This document shows positions 1-8,756 of a stretch of DNA of 64,000 nt, in pieces. The notes beneath the pieces were generated by a model. The model made no database searches. It was not told the origin of the DNA and worked only from the letters and a program-made list of their open reading frames with translations. The number at the start of each line of letters is the position of its first letter. Positions within the stretch are counted from its first letter, which is position 1. Location of the stretch: contig JAJZRB010000001.1 of assembly GCA_021806615.1 (NCBI GenBank), positions 207,201 to 271,200 of the forward strand, in the 5' to 3' direction. The stretch is from a bacterium (GTDB lineage: Bacteria; Patescibacteriota; Patescibacteriia; Patescibacteriales; UBA12465). Both the position numbers and the translations under genes were made by a program.

Positions 1-2
1 TA

Positions 3-848
3 GAAGATAAGGAATTGAACCATTTGCCCGATAATAAAGTTTTGATTATCGGTTCCGGTGCGCAGGGAGAAAGCAACGCCTTTCTAACCCGCGTGGTCAA
101 TCATGAACACCGGACGGTCAGTTTGAAAAAAGGCGACACCGTTCTCTTCTCTTCATCGGTTATCCCTGGAAACGAGCGTAGTATCCAGAATTTGATGGAT
201 ATGATCGTCCGTCAGGGAGCTAAAGTCATAAATTATCGGATGTTTGATATCCATGCCGGCGGGCACGCCAAACAGGAGGACCTGAAATTAGTAATGCGCC
301 TCTTAAAGCCAGAATATTTTATGCCCATCGAGGCTAATCACTATATGTTGCAAGCCAATGCTGATTTAGCGGAAGCGGTCGGCATTCCCCGTGAGAAGAT
401 TTTCGTGGCCGATAACGGCCAGGTCATAGATTTCCATCGGATAAGCGGCGGGAAGGTTGTTGGTAATTTGACCAAGGAAAAAGTGCCCTCTGACTATGTT
501 ATGGTTGACGGCTTAGGTGTTGGTGATGTTTCTGAAATTGTTCTGCGGGATCGCCGTATGATGGCAGAAGATGGGATGATTGTTATTATTGCTACGATTG
601 ATAACAAAACAGGTGCGATTATTGGTAATCCAGACTTGATTTCCCGCGGTTTTATCTATATGAAAGAGAATCGCGATTTGATAGAAAAGACCAGGATGAA
701 AGTCAAGAAGATAGTTAAGGATAAAAATCCGATGACTCCAGCCGATGACGATTATATCAAGAATAAGATTAGGAATGACATTGGGCAGTTCTTGTTTAAT
801 GCCACTAAGCGCCGCCCCATGGTTCTGCCAGTCGTTATTAAGGTTTAG
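3..848 (+). CDS. rnj: Ribonuclease J, C-terminal part (5' end lies upstream of the window)
   Basis: The reading frame is open to the window edge, and the track ORF 15..848 starts at an internal TTG. The motif HAGGHAKQEDLKLVMRLLKPEYFMPIEANH matches the RNase J beta-CASP/MBL His motif region. A typical RNase J C-terminal domain follows. Confidence 0.8.
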   Translation, partial: EDKELNHLPDNKVLIIGSGAQGESNAFLTRVVNHEHRTVSLKKGDTVLFSSSVIPGNERSIQNLMDMIVRQGAKVINYRMFDIHAGGHAKQEDLKLVMRLLKPEYFMPIEANHYMLQANADLAEAVGIPREKIFVADNGQVIDFHRISGGKVVGNLTKEKVPSDYVMVDGLGVGDVSEIVLRDRRMMAEDGMIVIIATIDNKTGAIIGNPDLISRGFIYMKENRDLIEKTRMKVKKIVKDKNPMTPADDDYIKNKIRNDIGQFLFNATKRRPMVLPVVIKV

Positions 849-874
849 AAGATAAATATTGTTTAATATTAAAT

Positions 875-905
875 AAAAAATACTGTTTTAAACAGTATTT
901 TTTTA
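875..905. terminator. Bidirectional rho-independent terminator after rnj
   Basis: The palindrome AAAAATACTG-ttttaaa-CAGTATTTTT is flanked by an A-run and a T-run. Confidence 0.6.
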
Positions 906-918
906 TTTGTGCTTAAAT

Positions 919-927
919 TGTGGATAA
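919..927 (-). promoter_or_regulatory. Perfect DnaA-box 9-mer (TGTGGATAA, the complement of TTATCCACA)
   Basis: Exact match to the E. coli-type DnaA box consensus TTATCCACA. It is an isolated copy in an intergenic region, next to a promoter-like element. Confidence 0.3.
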
Positions 928-932
928 ATCTA

Positions 933-961
933 TTGACAAAGTATATTTACTATGATATAGT
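933..961 (+). promoter_or_regulatory. Sigma70-like promoter (TTGACA-17 nt-TATAGT)
   Basis: The -35 TTGACA lies at 933-938 and the -10 TATAGT at 956-961, with 17-nt spacing. No protein gene lies downstream on this strand. Confidence 0.45.
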
Positions 962-967
962 AATTAG

Positions 968-1119
968 TCGTTCGTAAATTATTTGGTTATATAAAAGACC
1001 GCTTTAAACGGGTCAGGCACGACAAGCATGGGGATTTTCTTGTTAGGATTTTTCCGGCTTCACGCTCGAAAGTGCCTAAAAGAAATTTTCTTGCCTACCC
1101 GTTTAAGTCGGTCTTTTTT
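968..1119 (+). ncRNA. Candidate structured small RNA of unknown class
   Basis: It lies downstream of the 933-961 promoter. Positions 994-1019 pair with 1092-1116, giving about 25 bp with one mismatch and one bulge. The stem encloses about 70 nt with further small hairpins and ends in a T-run. The element abuts the stop codon of the convergent gene, so it may simply be an oversized bidirectional terminator. Confidence 0.3.
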
Positions 1120-1855
1120 ATTCGAATATTCTTTCTTTGCCGACGATGATATTCACTCTGTCTCTCATGATGCCGATTTCCGCCGGAGTTTCAATTTCCA
1201 TTACCCCGTCGATAATCAGCTTGTCGTCCGGATTGCTTATTTTTAATCTGTCAGTCGTTAAACGGCTGATATCTTTTTTCCTAGTTTTGATATATAGGTC
1301 TAGCCGGCCGTCATGCGGGCTTGATTTTATATCCGTATCTTTGTCGCTGAGTAGATTAATGATTTTAATTTCGCCCTTTTCCGCTACCGTAATAGAATAG
1401 TCGGCTATTTCTACATTCGTTCCTCGGCTCTGGATAGAAGCTTGATTGAGAAAATAATGGCTGCCAACGAGTCCGAGATCTATTTTTTCTATGCGTCTGG
1501 CCAGTAAGATATTGCAAGCCTCCATTTCGTTTTTAATGCCGAAAGAGGTAGCGATAGAATTATCGTCACCGATCGGGATTATACCTAGCAGAGTGTGTTT
1601 TTGAAAATCGCCGTAAAGGTCAGTATCAATGATCGCTCCGATTATTTTATTGACCGTCTGGTTATTTCCGACGGCGATAATCGTCTTCGCGCCTAATTTT
1701 ATTTCATTTTGGATGCTGCCTTTTATGTTCTTAATCCCGCTGAGACGGATTATTTTTCCGTTTAAGCCCAAATCCGTCAGCCGGATTTCCAGGCGGTTGA
1801 TAATTTTGTGGTACTTCCCTTTATTTAAATAATCATCGTAAATATAAACGTGCAT
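1118..1855 (-). CDS. Diacylglycerol/lipid kinase family protein (YegS/BmrU-like)
   Basis: DAGK catalytic-domain pattern: KTIIAVGNNQTVNKIIGAII ... LGIIPIGDDNSIATSFGI. Confidence 0.55.
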   Translation of the reverse strand: MHVYIYDDYLNKGKYHKIINRLEIRLTDLGLNGKIIRLSGIKNIKGSIQNEIKLGAKTIIAVGNNQTVNKIIGAIIDTDLYGDFQKHTLLGIIPIGDDNSIATSFGIKNEMEACNILLARRIEKIDLGLVGSHYFLNQASIQSRGTNVEIADYSITVAEKGEIKIINLLSDKDTDIKSSPHDGRLDLYIKTRKKDISRLTTDRLKISNPDDKLIIDGVMEIETPAEIGIMRDRVNIIVGKERIFE

Positions 1856-1874
1856 AAGATTCGATTAGACACGC

Positions 1875-2315
1875 TTATTTTTCATTCAGATTTTCTTTGC
1901 CGTCAACTTTTATTTTTTCGTTACGCTTATGCTCATCCGATAACATTAGAAGCTGGCCATTGATAACCGCCCCTTTTTCAATAGAAATTTCACCATATTG
2001 AATATCCCCGTATATTTTAGCGGTGCCGCCGATGGCTAAATAGTTTTTAGCTTTGATATTCCCGCGTACTTCGCCATTTATGATAATATCTTTAGATTCG
2101 GTGTTGGCTACGATTTTAGCCTGGTTGCCGACATAGATGCTCGCGTCCGTCTTAAGAGATCCCTCTAAAGATCCTTCGATTATAATATCTCCCTGGCCCT
2201 GGAAATTACCTTTTACTTTTATGGAGGAACCGATGATAGTTTCCGCGTCTTTGAATTTTTCTAACTTGCTGTCTTTGCTAAACATATATTTAATATTAAA
2301 TTTAGGCAGAACCAA
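1875..2315 (-). CDS. Bactofilin family cytoskeletal protein
   Basis: Beta-helical repeat pattern: IIGSSIKVKGNFQGQGDIIIEGSLEGSL...INGEVRGNIKAKNYLAIGGTAKIYGDIQYGEISIEKGAVINGQL. An alternative start is the ATG at 2285. Confidence 0.85.
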   Translation of the reverse strand: MVLPKFNIKYMFSKDSKLEKFKDAETIIGSSIKVKGNFQGQGDIIIEGSLEGSLKTDASIYVGNQAKIVANTESKDIIINGEVRGNIKAKNYLAIGGTAKIYGDIQYGEISIEKGAVINGQLLMLSDEHKRNEKIKVDGKENLNEK

Positions 2316-2458
2316 TATGAGATAGTTTATGTTTTTATTTTAGGCTAATAGTAGTGCTTTGTCAAAATTATATTAGTTGGTTTTGAGTTGTAAATGATGT
2401 AATATTATTATAAGATTAATCCATGGGTTAAAGGTTTGATTAAGTTTATAATTTAATT

Positions 2459-2530
2459 GTCCTCGTAGTTCAACGGATAGAACGAGAATCTCCTAAGTTC
2501 TAAATCCAGGTTCAATTCCTGGCGAGGACA
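2459..2530 (+). tRNA. tRNA-Arg(CCT)
   Basis: Hand-folded 72-nt cloverleaf with acceptor GTCCTCG/CGAGGAC, anticodon loop CTCCTAA and T-loop TTCAATT. No CCA is encoded. Confidence 0.9.
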
Positions 2531-2592
2531 CATCATGTACATTTTGTCAAATAATATTGACAAATTTAAACTATTGTTTTAATAATTCCCTC

Positions 2593-2620
2593 TTGACTTT
2601 TATTTTTATTCTAGTATTAT
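2593..2620 (+). promoter_or_regulatory. Sigma70-like promoter upstream of tRNA-Ala (TTGACT-16 nt-TATTAT)
   Basis: The -35 lies at 2593-2598 and the -10 at 2615-2620. Confidence 0.4.
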
Positions 2621-2685
2621 ATAAATGTAATTTGCACGTATTTTTAGCTATAAAATAAATATTGTTCCTTAAGGAACAATTTAAT

Positions 2686-2759
2686 GGGCCATTAGCTCAG
2701 TTGGCTAGAGCGCTTCCATGGCATGGAAGAGGTCAAGGGTTCAAGTCCCTTATGGTCCA
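2686..2759 (+). tRNA. tRNA-Ala(GGC)
   Basis: Cloverleaf with the G3:U70 identity pair (GGGCCAT/ATGGTCC) and anticodon loop ATGGCAT. Confidence 0.9.
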
Positions 2760-2768
2760 CTAATTAAA

Positions 2769-2797
2769 ATAATCCGTTTGAATGCGGATTATTTTTT
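2769..2797 (+). terminator. Rho-independent terminator after tRNA-Ala
   Basis: Stem ATAATCCG/CGGATTAT with an 8-nt loop, followed by TTTTTT. Confidence 0.7.
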
Positions 2798-2857
2798 GTA
2801 GTTTTATTTTTTTTATTTCTACAAATTTATGATATAATTTTGGTATAACAAATTTAT

Positions 2858-3409
2858 ATGAAGAATGCCATAATTTGTCATGGTAGCGGATCTTCCCCGG
2901 AATCATTTTGGTTTCCCAATATAAAAGTATTTTTAGAGGATAAAGGTTATCAAGTATGGGTGCCGCAATTGCCAGATGCTGATCAACCAGATTTAAGAAA
3001 GTGGTTACATTTCGTATTAAATAATGGAGAATTTAACAGCGAAACGATTATGATCGGTCATTCCTCCGGATGTCCTCTTATTTTAAGTATTCTAGAGAAG
3101 AGTAACACCATAATTGATAAAATTGTTTTAGTATCAGGATACGCCAGGGTTAGAGGCGGTCAGCAAGAAAGGGAAGCTATTCTTCAGATTAAATATGACT
3201 GGAATAAAATTAAAAATATGGTTAGAAGTATCGTCTTTATAAATTCTAATGACGATCCTTGGGGCTGTAATCATGAAGAGGGGCTATATATGTGGAATAA
3301 TTTAGGCGGCACTCTTGTGTTAAGGACAGGCGAAGGCCATATGGGTTCCGATCATTTTAAACAGCCGTATAAAGATTTTCCTTTATTGAAAAAAATATTA
3401 GAAATTTAG
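2858..3409 (+). CDS. Alpha/beta serine hydrolase, YdeN/RBBP9 family
   Basis: The N-terminal IICHGSGSSPESFWFP, the nucleophile elbow GHSSGC and the NDDPWG motif are characteristic of this family. Confidence 0.7.
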   Translation: MKNAIICHGSGSSPESFWFPNIKVFLEDKGYQVWVPQLPDADQPDLRKWLHFVLNNGEFNSETIMIGHSSGCPLILSILEKSNTIIDKIVLVSGYARVRGGQQEREAILQIKYDWNKIKNMVRSIVFINSNDDPWGCNHEEGLYMWNNLGGTLVLRTGEGHMGSDHFKQPYKDFPLLKKILEI

Positions 3410-3494
3410 AATAATATAAAATAGTTTATAATAAAATAGTTTATAAAAAATTATTGTTCCGCGTAGAACATTTTAATTAACAGGAGGTTGAGAT

Positions 3495-3516
3495 AAGTCC
3501 ACAAAAATGTAGACTT
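3495..3516. repeat. Imperfect palindrome AAGTCCACA-aaaa-TGTAGACTT (DnaA-box-like core TCCACA)
   Basis: A 9-bp inverted repeat with one mismatch. The exact 9-mer AAGTCCACA recurs at 41812-41820, and as its complement at 41730-41738. Confidence 0.4.
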
Positions 3517-3737
3517 TTTTTATAATTTGGCTAATATTAAATAAATAACACATTTAGACAAATTGTGGAAAACCTGTTATTATTACAATTTTTTTTGGCT
3601 AAAATTAAATTTATTTTTTTGTAAAAATAATATTTCTTGTATTTGCTTAAAATCAAAATACAAATTATAATTGGTGTATATAATTATTTATTTTTTTGTC
3701 CTATTAATACTAATATTAGGATTCAATAAAAAATACT

Positions 3738-4676
3738 ATGTATGATGTCATTATAATTGGTTCTGGTCCGGCAGGCATGACTGCTGGAATTTTTGCCGCT
3801 CGCCGTGAGATGAAAACTCTGATTATAGGTAAGGAAGTTGGCGGCCAAGTAGTTTGGGCCAGCGAAATTGAAAATTATCCCGGTTTTTCTAAAATAAGCA
3901 GTTTTGAGTTGATTGATAGAATGCGACAACAGACCTTAGGCTGCGGCGTAGAAATGAAAGAAGATGAGATCCAAAAGATTGAAAAGACAGCTGACGGTAA
4001 TTTTTTATTATATACTGGCCGTGAAACTTTTGAATCAAAGACTGTTATTGTCGCCATGGGTTTATCCCCGCGGCGTTTAGCTGTCCCCGGTGAAGTGGAA
4101 TTTAATGGGAAGGGTGTTTCTTATTGTGCTAATTGTGACGGACCGTTTTTCCGTGGGAAAAAGGTGGCGGTGATTGGCGGCGGCAACTCGGCGCTTGATG
4201 CGGCGGAAGTGCTATCTAAAATAGCGAGCCAGGTATATTTAATCCATCACAGCGACAAGTTCAGAGCTTTTGAAATTTTATTGGACGAGGTCAAGTCACG
4301 CTCTAATATTGAAATGCTCACCAATACCGAAATTAAGGAAATACTCGGTTCTACTAAGGTTGAAAAAATCAAGGTATATAACAATAAAACTAAAATTGAT
4401 CAAGATGTGTTGTTAGATGGGGTATTTATAGAGGTCGGCAGGATAGCCAGCACCGATTTGGTGGCCGATATGGTTGAAAGGAACGATAAGAATCAGATTG
4501 TTATAAATAGCAAGGGAGAAACCAAGACGCCTGGACTATTTGCCGGCGGAGATGTCACTGCTTGCGAATTTAAACAGATTACCGTGGCTATCGGCCAAGC
4601 GACCGTTGCCGCCTTAAGCGCTTACCAATATTTGCAAATGACTTATGGCCATAAAGCGGCTACTAAAGATTACTAA
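3738..4676 (+). CDS. trxB: Thioredoxin-disulfide reductase
   Basis: FAD motif IIGSGPAGMTAG, redox centre CANCDG and NADPH motif VIGGGNSALDAA. Confidence 0.9.
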   Translation: MYDVIIIGSGPAGMTAGIFAARREMKTLIIGKEVGGQVVWASEIENYPGFSKISSFELIDRMRQQTLGCGVEMKEDEIQKIEKTADGNFLLYTGRETFESKTVIVAMGLSPRRLAVPGEVEFNGKGVSYCANCDGPFFRGKKVAVIGGGNSALDAAEVLSKIASQVYLIHHSDKFRAFEILLDEVKSRSNIEMLTNTEIKEILGSTKVEKIKVYNNKTKIDQDVLLDGVFIEVGRIASTDLVADMVERNDKNQIVINSKGETKTPGLFAGGDVTACEFKQITVAIGQATVAALSAYQYLQMTYGHKAATKDY

Positions 4677-4755
4677 TTATTTGCTATAATAGATAGAGGG
4701 GTTAGAGCATCGTAACATGGCCGAAAAATGCGTGGTTAAAGACCAAATTTAATCT

Positions 4756-6039
4756 ATGATGCCGAAAAAAATAAATTTAGTAACGGCCGATATGGGTTAT
4801 GGCCATCAGCGAGCAGCTTATCCTCTGCTTGATTTGAGCGCCGGAGAAATAATTACAGTTAATGATTATGAGGGTATTCCAGGCTGGGAGAAAAATTATT
4901 GGATAAAAATTCTGCACTCATATGAAAGCGTTTCTCGGCTAAAGAATATCCCTATTTTTGGCAAGGCGATATTCGCTGTTATGGATGCTTTCCAAAAGAT
5001 TCCTCCTCTTTATCCTTTCCGAGATCTTTCTCGATCGACTACGCAACAGAAATATTTTTATAAGTTCGTCAGGAAAGGGGTTGGGCGCCATTTAATCGAT
5101 AAGCTAAATGACAATGGTTTGCCTTTTGTTACCACCTTTTTTGTTGCCGCCTATATCGCGGAATATTATGATTATCAAGGCGATATTTATTGTATAATTT
5201 GCGATACGGATGCATCACGTGCCTGGGCTCCGTTAGATCCTAAAAATAGTCGGACTAAATTCTTAGTGCCTAGCGAAAAAGTCAGAGAGCGTCTCTTAAT
5301 GTACGGTGTCAAATCTAAAAATATAATTATTTCAGGGTTTCCTCTGCCGAAAGAAAATGTCGGCGCTGACCGGCGGATTCTGATAGACGACCTGGCTTGT
5401 CGAGTCGGCGTTCTTGACCCCCAAGGTTTTTATCAAGAACATTACGAAGCCCTCTTGAAAAAAATAACGCCAGGTTTTTCCCGCCAGCATAATCTTCCGT
5501 TGACTGTCACTTATGCTGTCGGCGGCGCCGGAGCGCAGAAAGAAATCGGCGCCACCTTGCTTAAACAATTAGCTGCTAAAATAAAGAATCAGGAGATTAA
5601 CCTCAATTTAGTAGCCGGTAGCCGTTCAGAGGTCAGAGATTATTTTTTAGAAGCGGCTAAAGATTCTGGTTTGAATATAGGCCGCGGCTTAGAAATCATC
5701 TACGATCCGGTAAAAGTAGAATATTTTCGTAAATTCGATGAGTGTCTTCATGATACCGATATATTATGGACTAAACCATCGGAACTTTCTTTCTATTGCG
5801 CGCTCGGCTTGCCAATAATTATTAGTGATCCCGTCGGCAGCCAAGAGGAATTCAATCGAGAGTGGCTGATCAGTATCGGTGCTGGCATTGATAGCTTAGC
5901 CCCCGAGTATGTGTCCGAATGGTTGCCAGACCTTCTAGCGTCCGGACGCTTAGCGCGCGCTGCTATGGACGGGTTTTTAAATGCCGAGCAGATGGGAGCT
6001 TATAATATAGAAAATTTAATTATAAAAAGACCTAGTTAA
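4756..6039 (+). CDS. Putative GT28-type glycosyltransferase (UgtP/MGDG-synthase-like)
   Basis: The N-terminal ADMGYGHQRAAYPL resembles the G-x-GH-x-x-AA motif. The C-terminal KPSELSFYCALGLPIIISDPVGSQEEFNREWLISIGAG resembles the ...PGQEE.N...L...GAG motif of diacylglycerol glycosyltransferases. Confidence 0.5.
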   Translation: MMPKKINLVTADMGYGHQRAAYPLLDLSAGEIITVNDYEGIPGWEKNYWIKILHSYESVSRLKNIPIFGKAIFAVMDAFQKIPPLYPFRDLSRSTTQQKYFYKFVRKGVGRHLIDKLNDNGLPFVTTFFVAAYIAEYYDYQGDIYCIICDTDASRAWAPLDPKNSRTKFLVPSEKVRERLLMYGVKSKNIIISGFPLPKENVGADRRILIDDLACRVGVLDPQGFYQEHYEALLKKITPGFSRQHNLPLTVTYAVGGAGAQKEIGATLLKQLAAKIKNQEINLNLVAGSRSEVRDYFLEAAKDSGLNIGRGLEIIYDPVKVEYFRKFDECLHDTDILWTKPSELSFYCALGLPIIISDPVGSQEEFNREWLISIGAGIDSLAPEYVSEWLPDLLASGRLARAAMDGFLNAEQMGAYNIENLIIKRPS

Positions 6040-6051
6040 TCAATGTGAATT

Positions 6052-6987
6052 ATGCTTTGGCTGATGGTGGCGGTTATCGCCTATTTGATTTTGGCAATTG
6101 TAAATTTATTAGATAAGTTTTTGGTAGAAACTGTTTTAAAAAACGGCCGGGCTTATGCTTTCATCGCTTGCTCTCTGGGACTATTAGTTTTTATAGCTGC
6201 TCCATGGTTTTTATCCTGGCCGGGTTGGCCTCTTTTGGCCTGGAATTTAATCAACGGCGCTATTTTTGCCGTTGCCCTATGGCTTTTATATGAGGCTTTA
6301 CGACGCGGTGAAGCTTCCAGAATCCTAGTTTTAGTCGGAGGACTGACTCCTGTTTTTTCCCTTTTCTTTTCCGTCGTGTTTTTCAAGGAACGCTTCAGTT
6401 TGAGTCAGTGGGCAGGAATAAGCGCTCTTTTGGTCGGCGTCTTTATGATCGCTTTTTTGCCGGCGACACGCAGCTATTTGGCTAGAGTATTTAATAAATT
6501 AAGGCTGACCCAGGAGTTTAAAGAAGATGGATTATGGTTGGCCGTATTTTCCGCATTAGCCTATTCGCTTTATTTTTTAAGTACCAAGCAAGCTTATATC
6601 GGCCAGCCTTTTGTGAGTGCTTTTATGTGGAATCGCTTAGGTGCGGCCCTTTTTGTACTTTTGTTTTTATTTAATGAAGATGATCGGCGGACTATAGTTA
6701 ACACTTTCCATAAATCTAGTCCAAAGAAAAATAAAATCTTGGTTATTTTTAATCAAGCTTTCGGATCCCTCGGGTTCGTTATGCAAAATTATGCCATCTT
6801 TCTGGGTTCGGTGGTTTTGGTCAATGCTTTACAGGGGGTCCAATATGCTTTTTTATTGATTATCAGCGCTATTTTAGCGCTCATGGCCCCGCGTTTGTTG
6901 AAAGAAACTTTTTCATGGCGGATTTTAATCCATAAAAGCGCCGCCGTGGCGGCAATAGCCATCGGTCTTTACTTTATCGCTTTTTAA
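6052..6987 (+). CDS. EamA/DMT-family transporter
   Basis: About 10 hydrophobic helices arranged as two EamA-like halves. Confidence 0.6.
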   Translation: MLWLMVAVIAYLILAIVNLLDKFLVETVLKNGRAYAFIACSLGLLVFIAAPWFLSWPGWPLLAWNLINGAIFAVALWLLYEALRRGEASRILVLVGGLTPVFSLFFSVVFFKERFSLSQWAGISALLVGVFMIAFLPATRSYLARVFNKLRLTQEFKEDGLWLAVFSALAYSLYFLSTKQAYIGQPFVSAFMWNRLGAALFVLLFLFNEDDRRTIVNTFHKSSPKKNKILVIFNQAFGSLGFVMQNYAIFLGSVVLVNALQGVQYAFLLIISAILALMAPRLLKETFSWRILIHKSAAVAAIAIGLYFIAF

Positions 6988-7001
6988 GGTATCTTAACAT
7001 C

Positions 7002-8042
7002 ATGTCTAATAAATTAAAAAATTGGCTAGGGAAGAATAAAATTAAGGTCGGTTGGCTGATATTGGCGGCTGTTATCGTATTAGCTATGTTTTTTTTATAT
7101 TTAGTTAAATTAGCCCGTAATTATCCGTCACCTTTGACCCTTAAATATCGTCCCGGGTTTTTTGGCGTTACTTTTTCCACTAAATACTGTTCAGAAATCG
7201 GGCTGGATTGGCGTGAAGTGTACGCGGCAATTTTAGATGATCTGCAGGTTAAGGAAATTCGGCTGCCTATTTATTGGGATGAAATTGAAAAGACGCCTGG
7301 TGTTTATGATTTTTCCCAGTATGATTACATCATTCGGGAGGGAGAAAAAAACAATGTTAAGTTTATTGCTAACATCGGTTGGCGGCTCCCTCGTTGGCCG
7401 GAATGCCACGCGCCAGAGTGGGCCGCTAAAGAAAAATTACCTCAGACGCATGATTTGGTTATTAGCATGCTAAAAACGACCGTCCAGCATTATAAGGATA
7501 ATCCCTCTATCGTGGCTTGGCAGCTAGAGAATGAACCATTTTTTGACGCTTTCGGCGTCTGTCCGCCCAGCGATGAGAATTTTTTTAAACAAGAACTGGC
7601 GACTGTTAAGAACCTGGATAAACGGCCGGTCATTGTATCTGCCACTGGCGAACTAAGCGCTTGGTGGGAAGAGGCTAAATATGCCGACATTTTTGGCAGT
7701 ACCGTTTATCGCGTCGTTTGGGGACCTCATATTGGTTATTGGCGCTATCCGCTACCAGCCTGGTTTTATCGTCTGAAAGCCTACTTGGCCGGTATTGATT
7801 ATCGGAAAAGCTTGATCGTAGAATTGCAGGCCGAGCCTTGGGTGCCACATGGCAATATTATTTATTTGCCAACCGAAGAAATCGATAAATCTTTCAGCCT
7901 AGAGCAATTTAGAGCTAATTTACAGTATGCGATAAATATTAATTTTCAGAAGACTTATCTTTGGGGCGTAGAGTGGTGGTATTATCAGTATAAGAATGGC
8001 AACAAAAATTACTGGGAATTAGCTCGGACCTTATTTCATTAA
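7002..8042 (+). CDS. Membrane-anchored glycoside hydrolase, clan GH-A TIM barrel (GH42/GH5-like)
   Basis: An N-terminal TM anchor is followed by LPIYWDEIEKTPGVYDFSQYD and the WQLENEP acid/base motif. Confidence 0.5.
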   Translation: MSNKLKNWLGKNKIKVGWLILAAVIVLAMFFLYLVKLARNYPSPLTLKYRPGFFGVTFSTKYCSEIGLDWREVYAAILDDLQVKEIRLPIYWDEIEKTPGVYDFSQYDYIIREGEKNNVKFIANIGWRLPRWPECHAPEWAAKEKLPQTHDLVISMLKTTVQHYKDNPSIVAWQLENEPFFDAFGVCPPSDENFFKQELATVKNLDKRPVIVSATGELSAWWEEAKYADIFGSTVYRVVWGPHIGYWRYPLPAWFYRLKAYLAGIDYRKSLIVELQAEPWVPHGNIIYLPTEEIDKSFSLEQFRANLQYAININFQKTYLWGVEWWYYQYKNGNKNYWELARTLFH

Positions 8043-8048
8043 TCATTT

Positions 8049-8756
8049 ATGCTGCTATCAATCGTTATCCCAACCCTCAATGAAGAAAAATATTTGCCGC
8101 GTCTTTTAGAATCTATTCGCAGGCAGAACTTTTCTGACTATGAGATTATCGTTTCTGATGGGGGGTCGTCAGATCGCACTAAGCAGATCGCCCTAGATGG
8201 AGCCTGCCGCTTTGTAGTTGATAATGACCACCATCACCCTTCCTGGCAGAGGAATAATGGAGCAGCGGTGGCTACCGGTGATATTCTTTTATTCCTGGAT
8301 GCAGACACTGTCTTGTTGGATAATTTTTTATCAGTCGTCACTAATGAATTCCTGTCTAGAAAATTAAGCGGCGCCGGGTTCTATATCCGCTTTAATCCCA
8401 ATAAAGCCAGTTATAATATTTATTCCGGTTTGTATAATTTTTTCTGTTTCTGCCGCCAGTATTTCGCGCCCGCCTCCATCGGGGCAGGCATACTGGCGCG
8501 GCGGGATATTCATGAAAGTATCGGCGGGTTTGACCCAGAGATTTATGTCGCCGAAGACTATGACTATTGTTATCGTTTGTCTCGCCGCGGCCGGTTCCGG
8601 ATGATCACTTCCCGTCGTTTAGAATACTCTTCCCGGCGCTTGGCAAAAGAAGGTGGGTTGGTCGTCGGCCTAAAATGGGGCTGTATGGCTTTATATACCA
8701 TGTTTAATTTTAGGATCAAACGGAAAATCGTCAAATATGATTTTGGGAAATATTAA
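8049..8756 (+). CDS. Family 2 glycosyltransferase
   Basis: The N-terminus LSIVIPTLNEEKYLPRLLESI and the DxD motif FLDADT. Confidence 0.8.
   Translation: MLLSIVIPTLNEEKYLPRLLESIRRQNFSDYEIIVSDGGSSDRTKQIALDGACRFVVDNDHHHPSWQRNNGAAVATGDILLFLDADTVLLDNFLSVVTNEFLSRKLSGAGFYIRFNPNKASYNIYSGLYNFFCFCRQYFAPASIGAGILARRDIHESIGGFDPEIYVAEDYDYCYRLSRRGRFRMITSRRLEYSSRRLAKEGGLVVGLKWGCMALYTMFNFRIKRKIVKYDFGKY

Noticed and set aside
993-1117. I considered whether the long hairpin element is a small (4.5S-type) SRP RNA, because GUCAGG...AAGCA at 1013-1028 resembles the domain IV motif GUCAGGUCCGGAAGGAAGCAGC.
   Set aside because: Only 7 nt separate CAGG from AGCA, whereas the stem-GNRA tetraloop-stem needs 10 nt. The motif also lies at the base of the hairpin rather than the apex, and no matching 3'-side loop is visible. 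I kept the element only as an unclassified RNA candidate.
1028-1400. Track ORFs 1028..1246 (+) and 1137..1400 (+).
   Set aside because: They overlap the structured intergenic element and lie antisense to the lipid-kinase-like gene. Their composition is low-complexity or hydrophobic, as expected of antisense frames, and they have no RBS.
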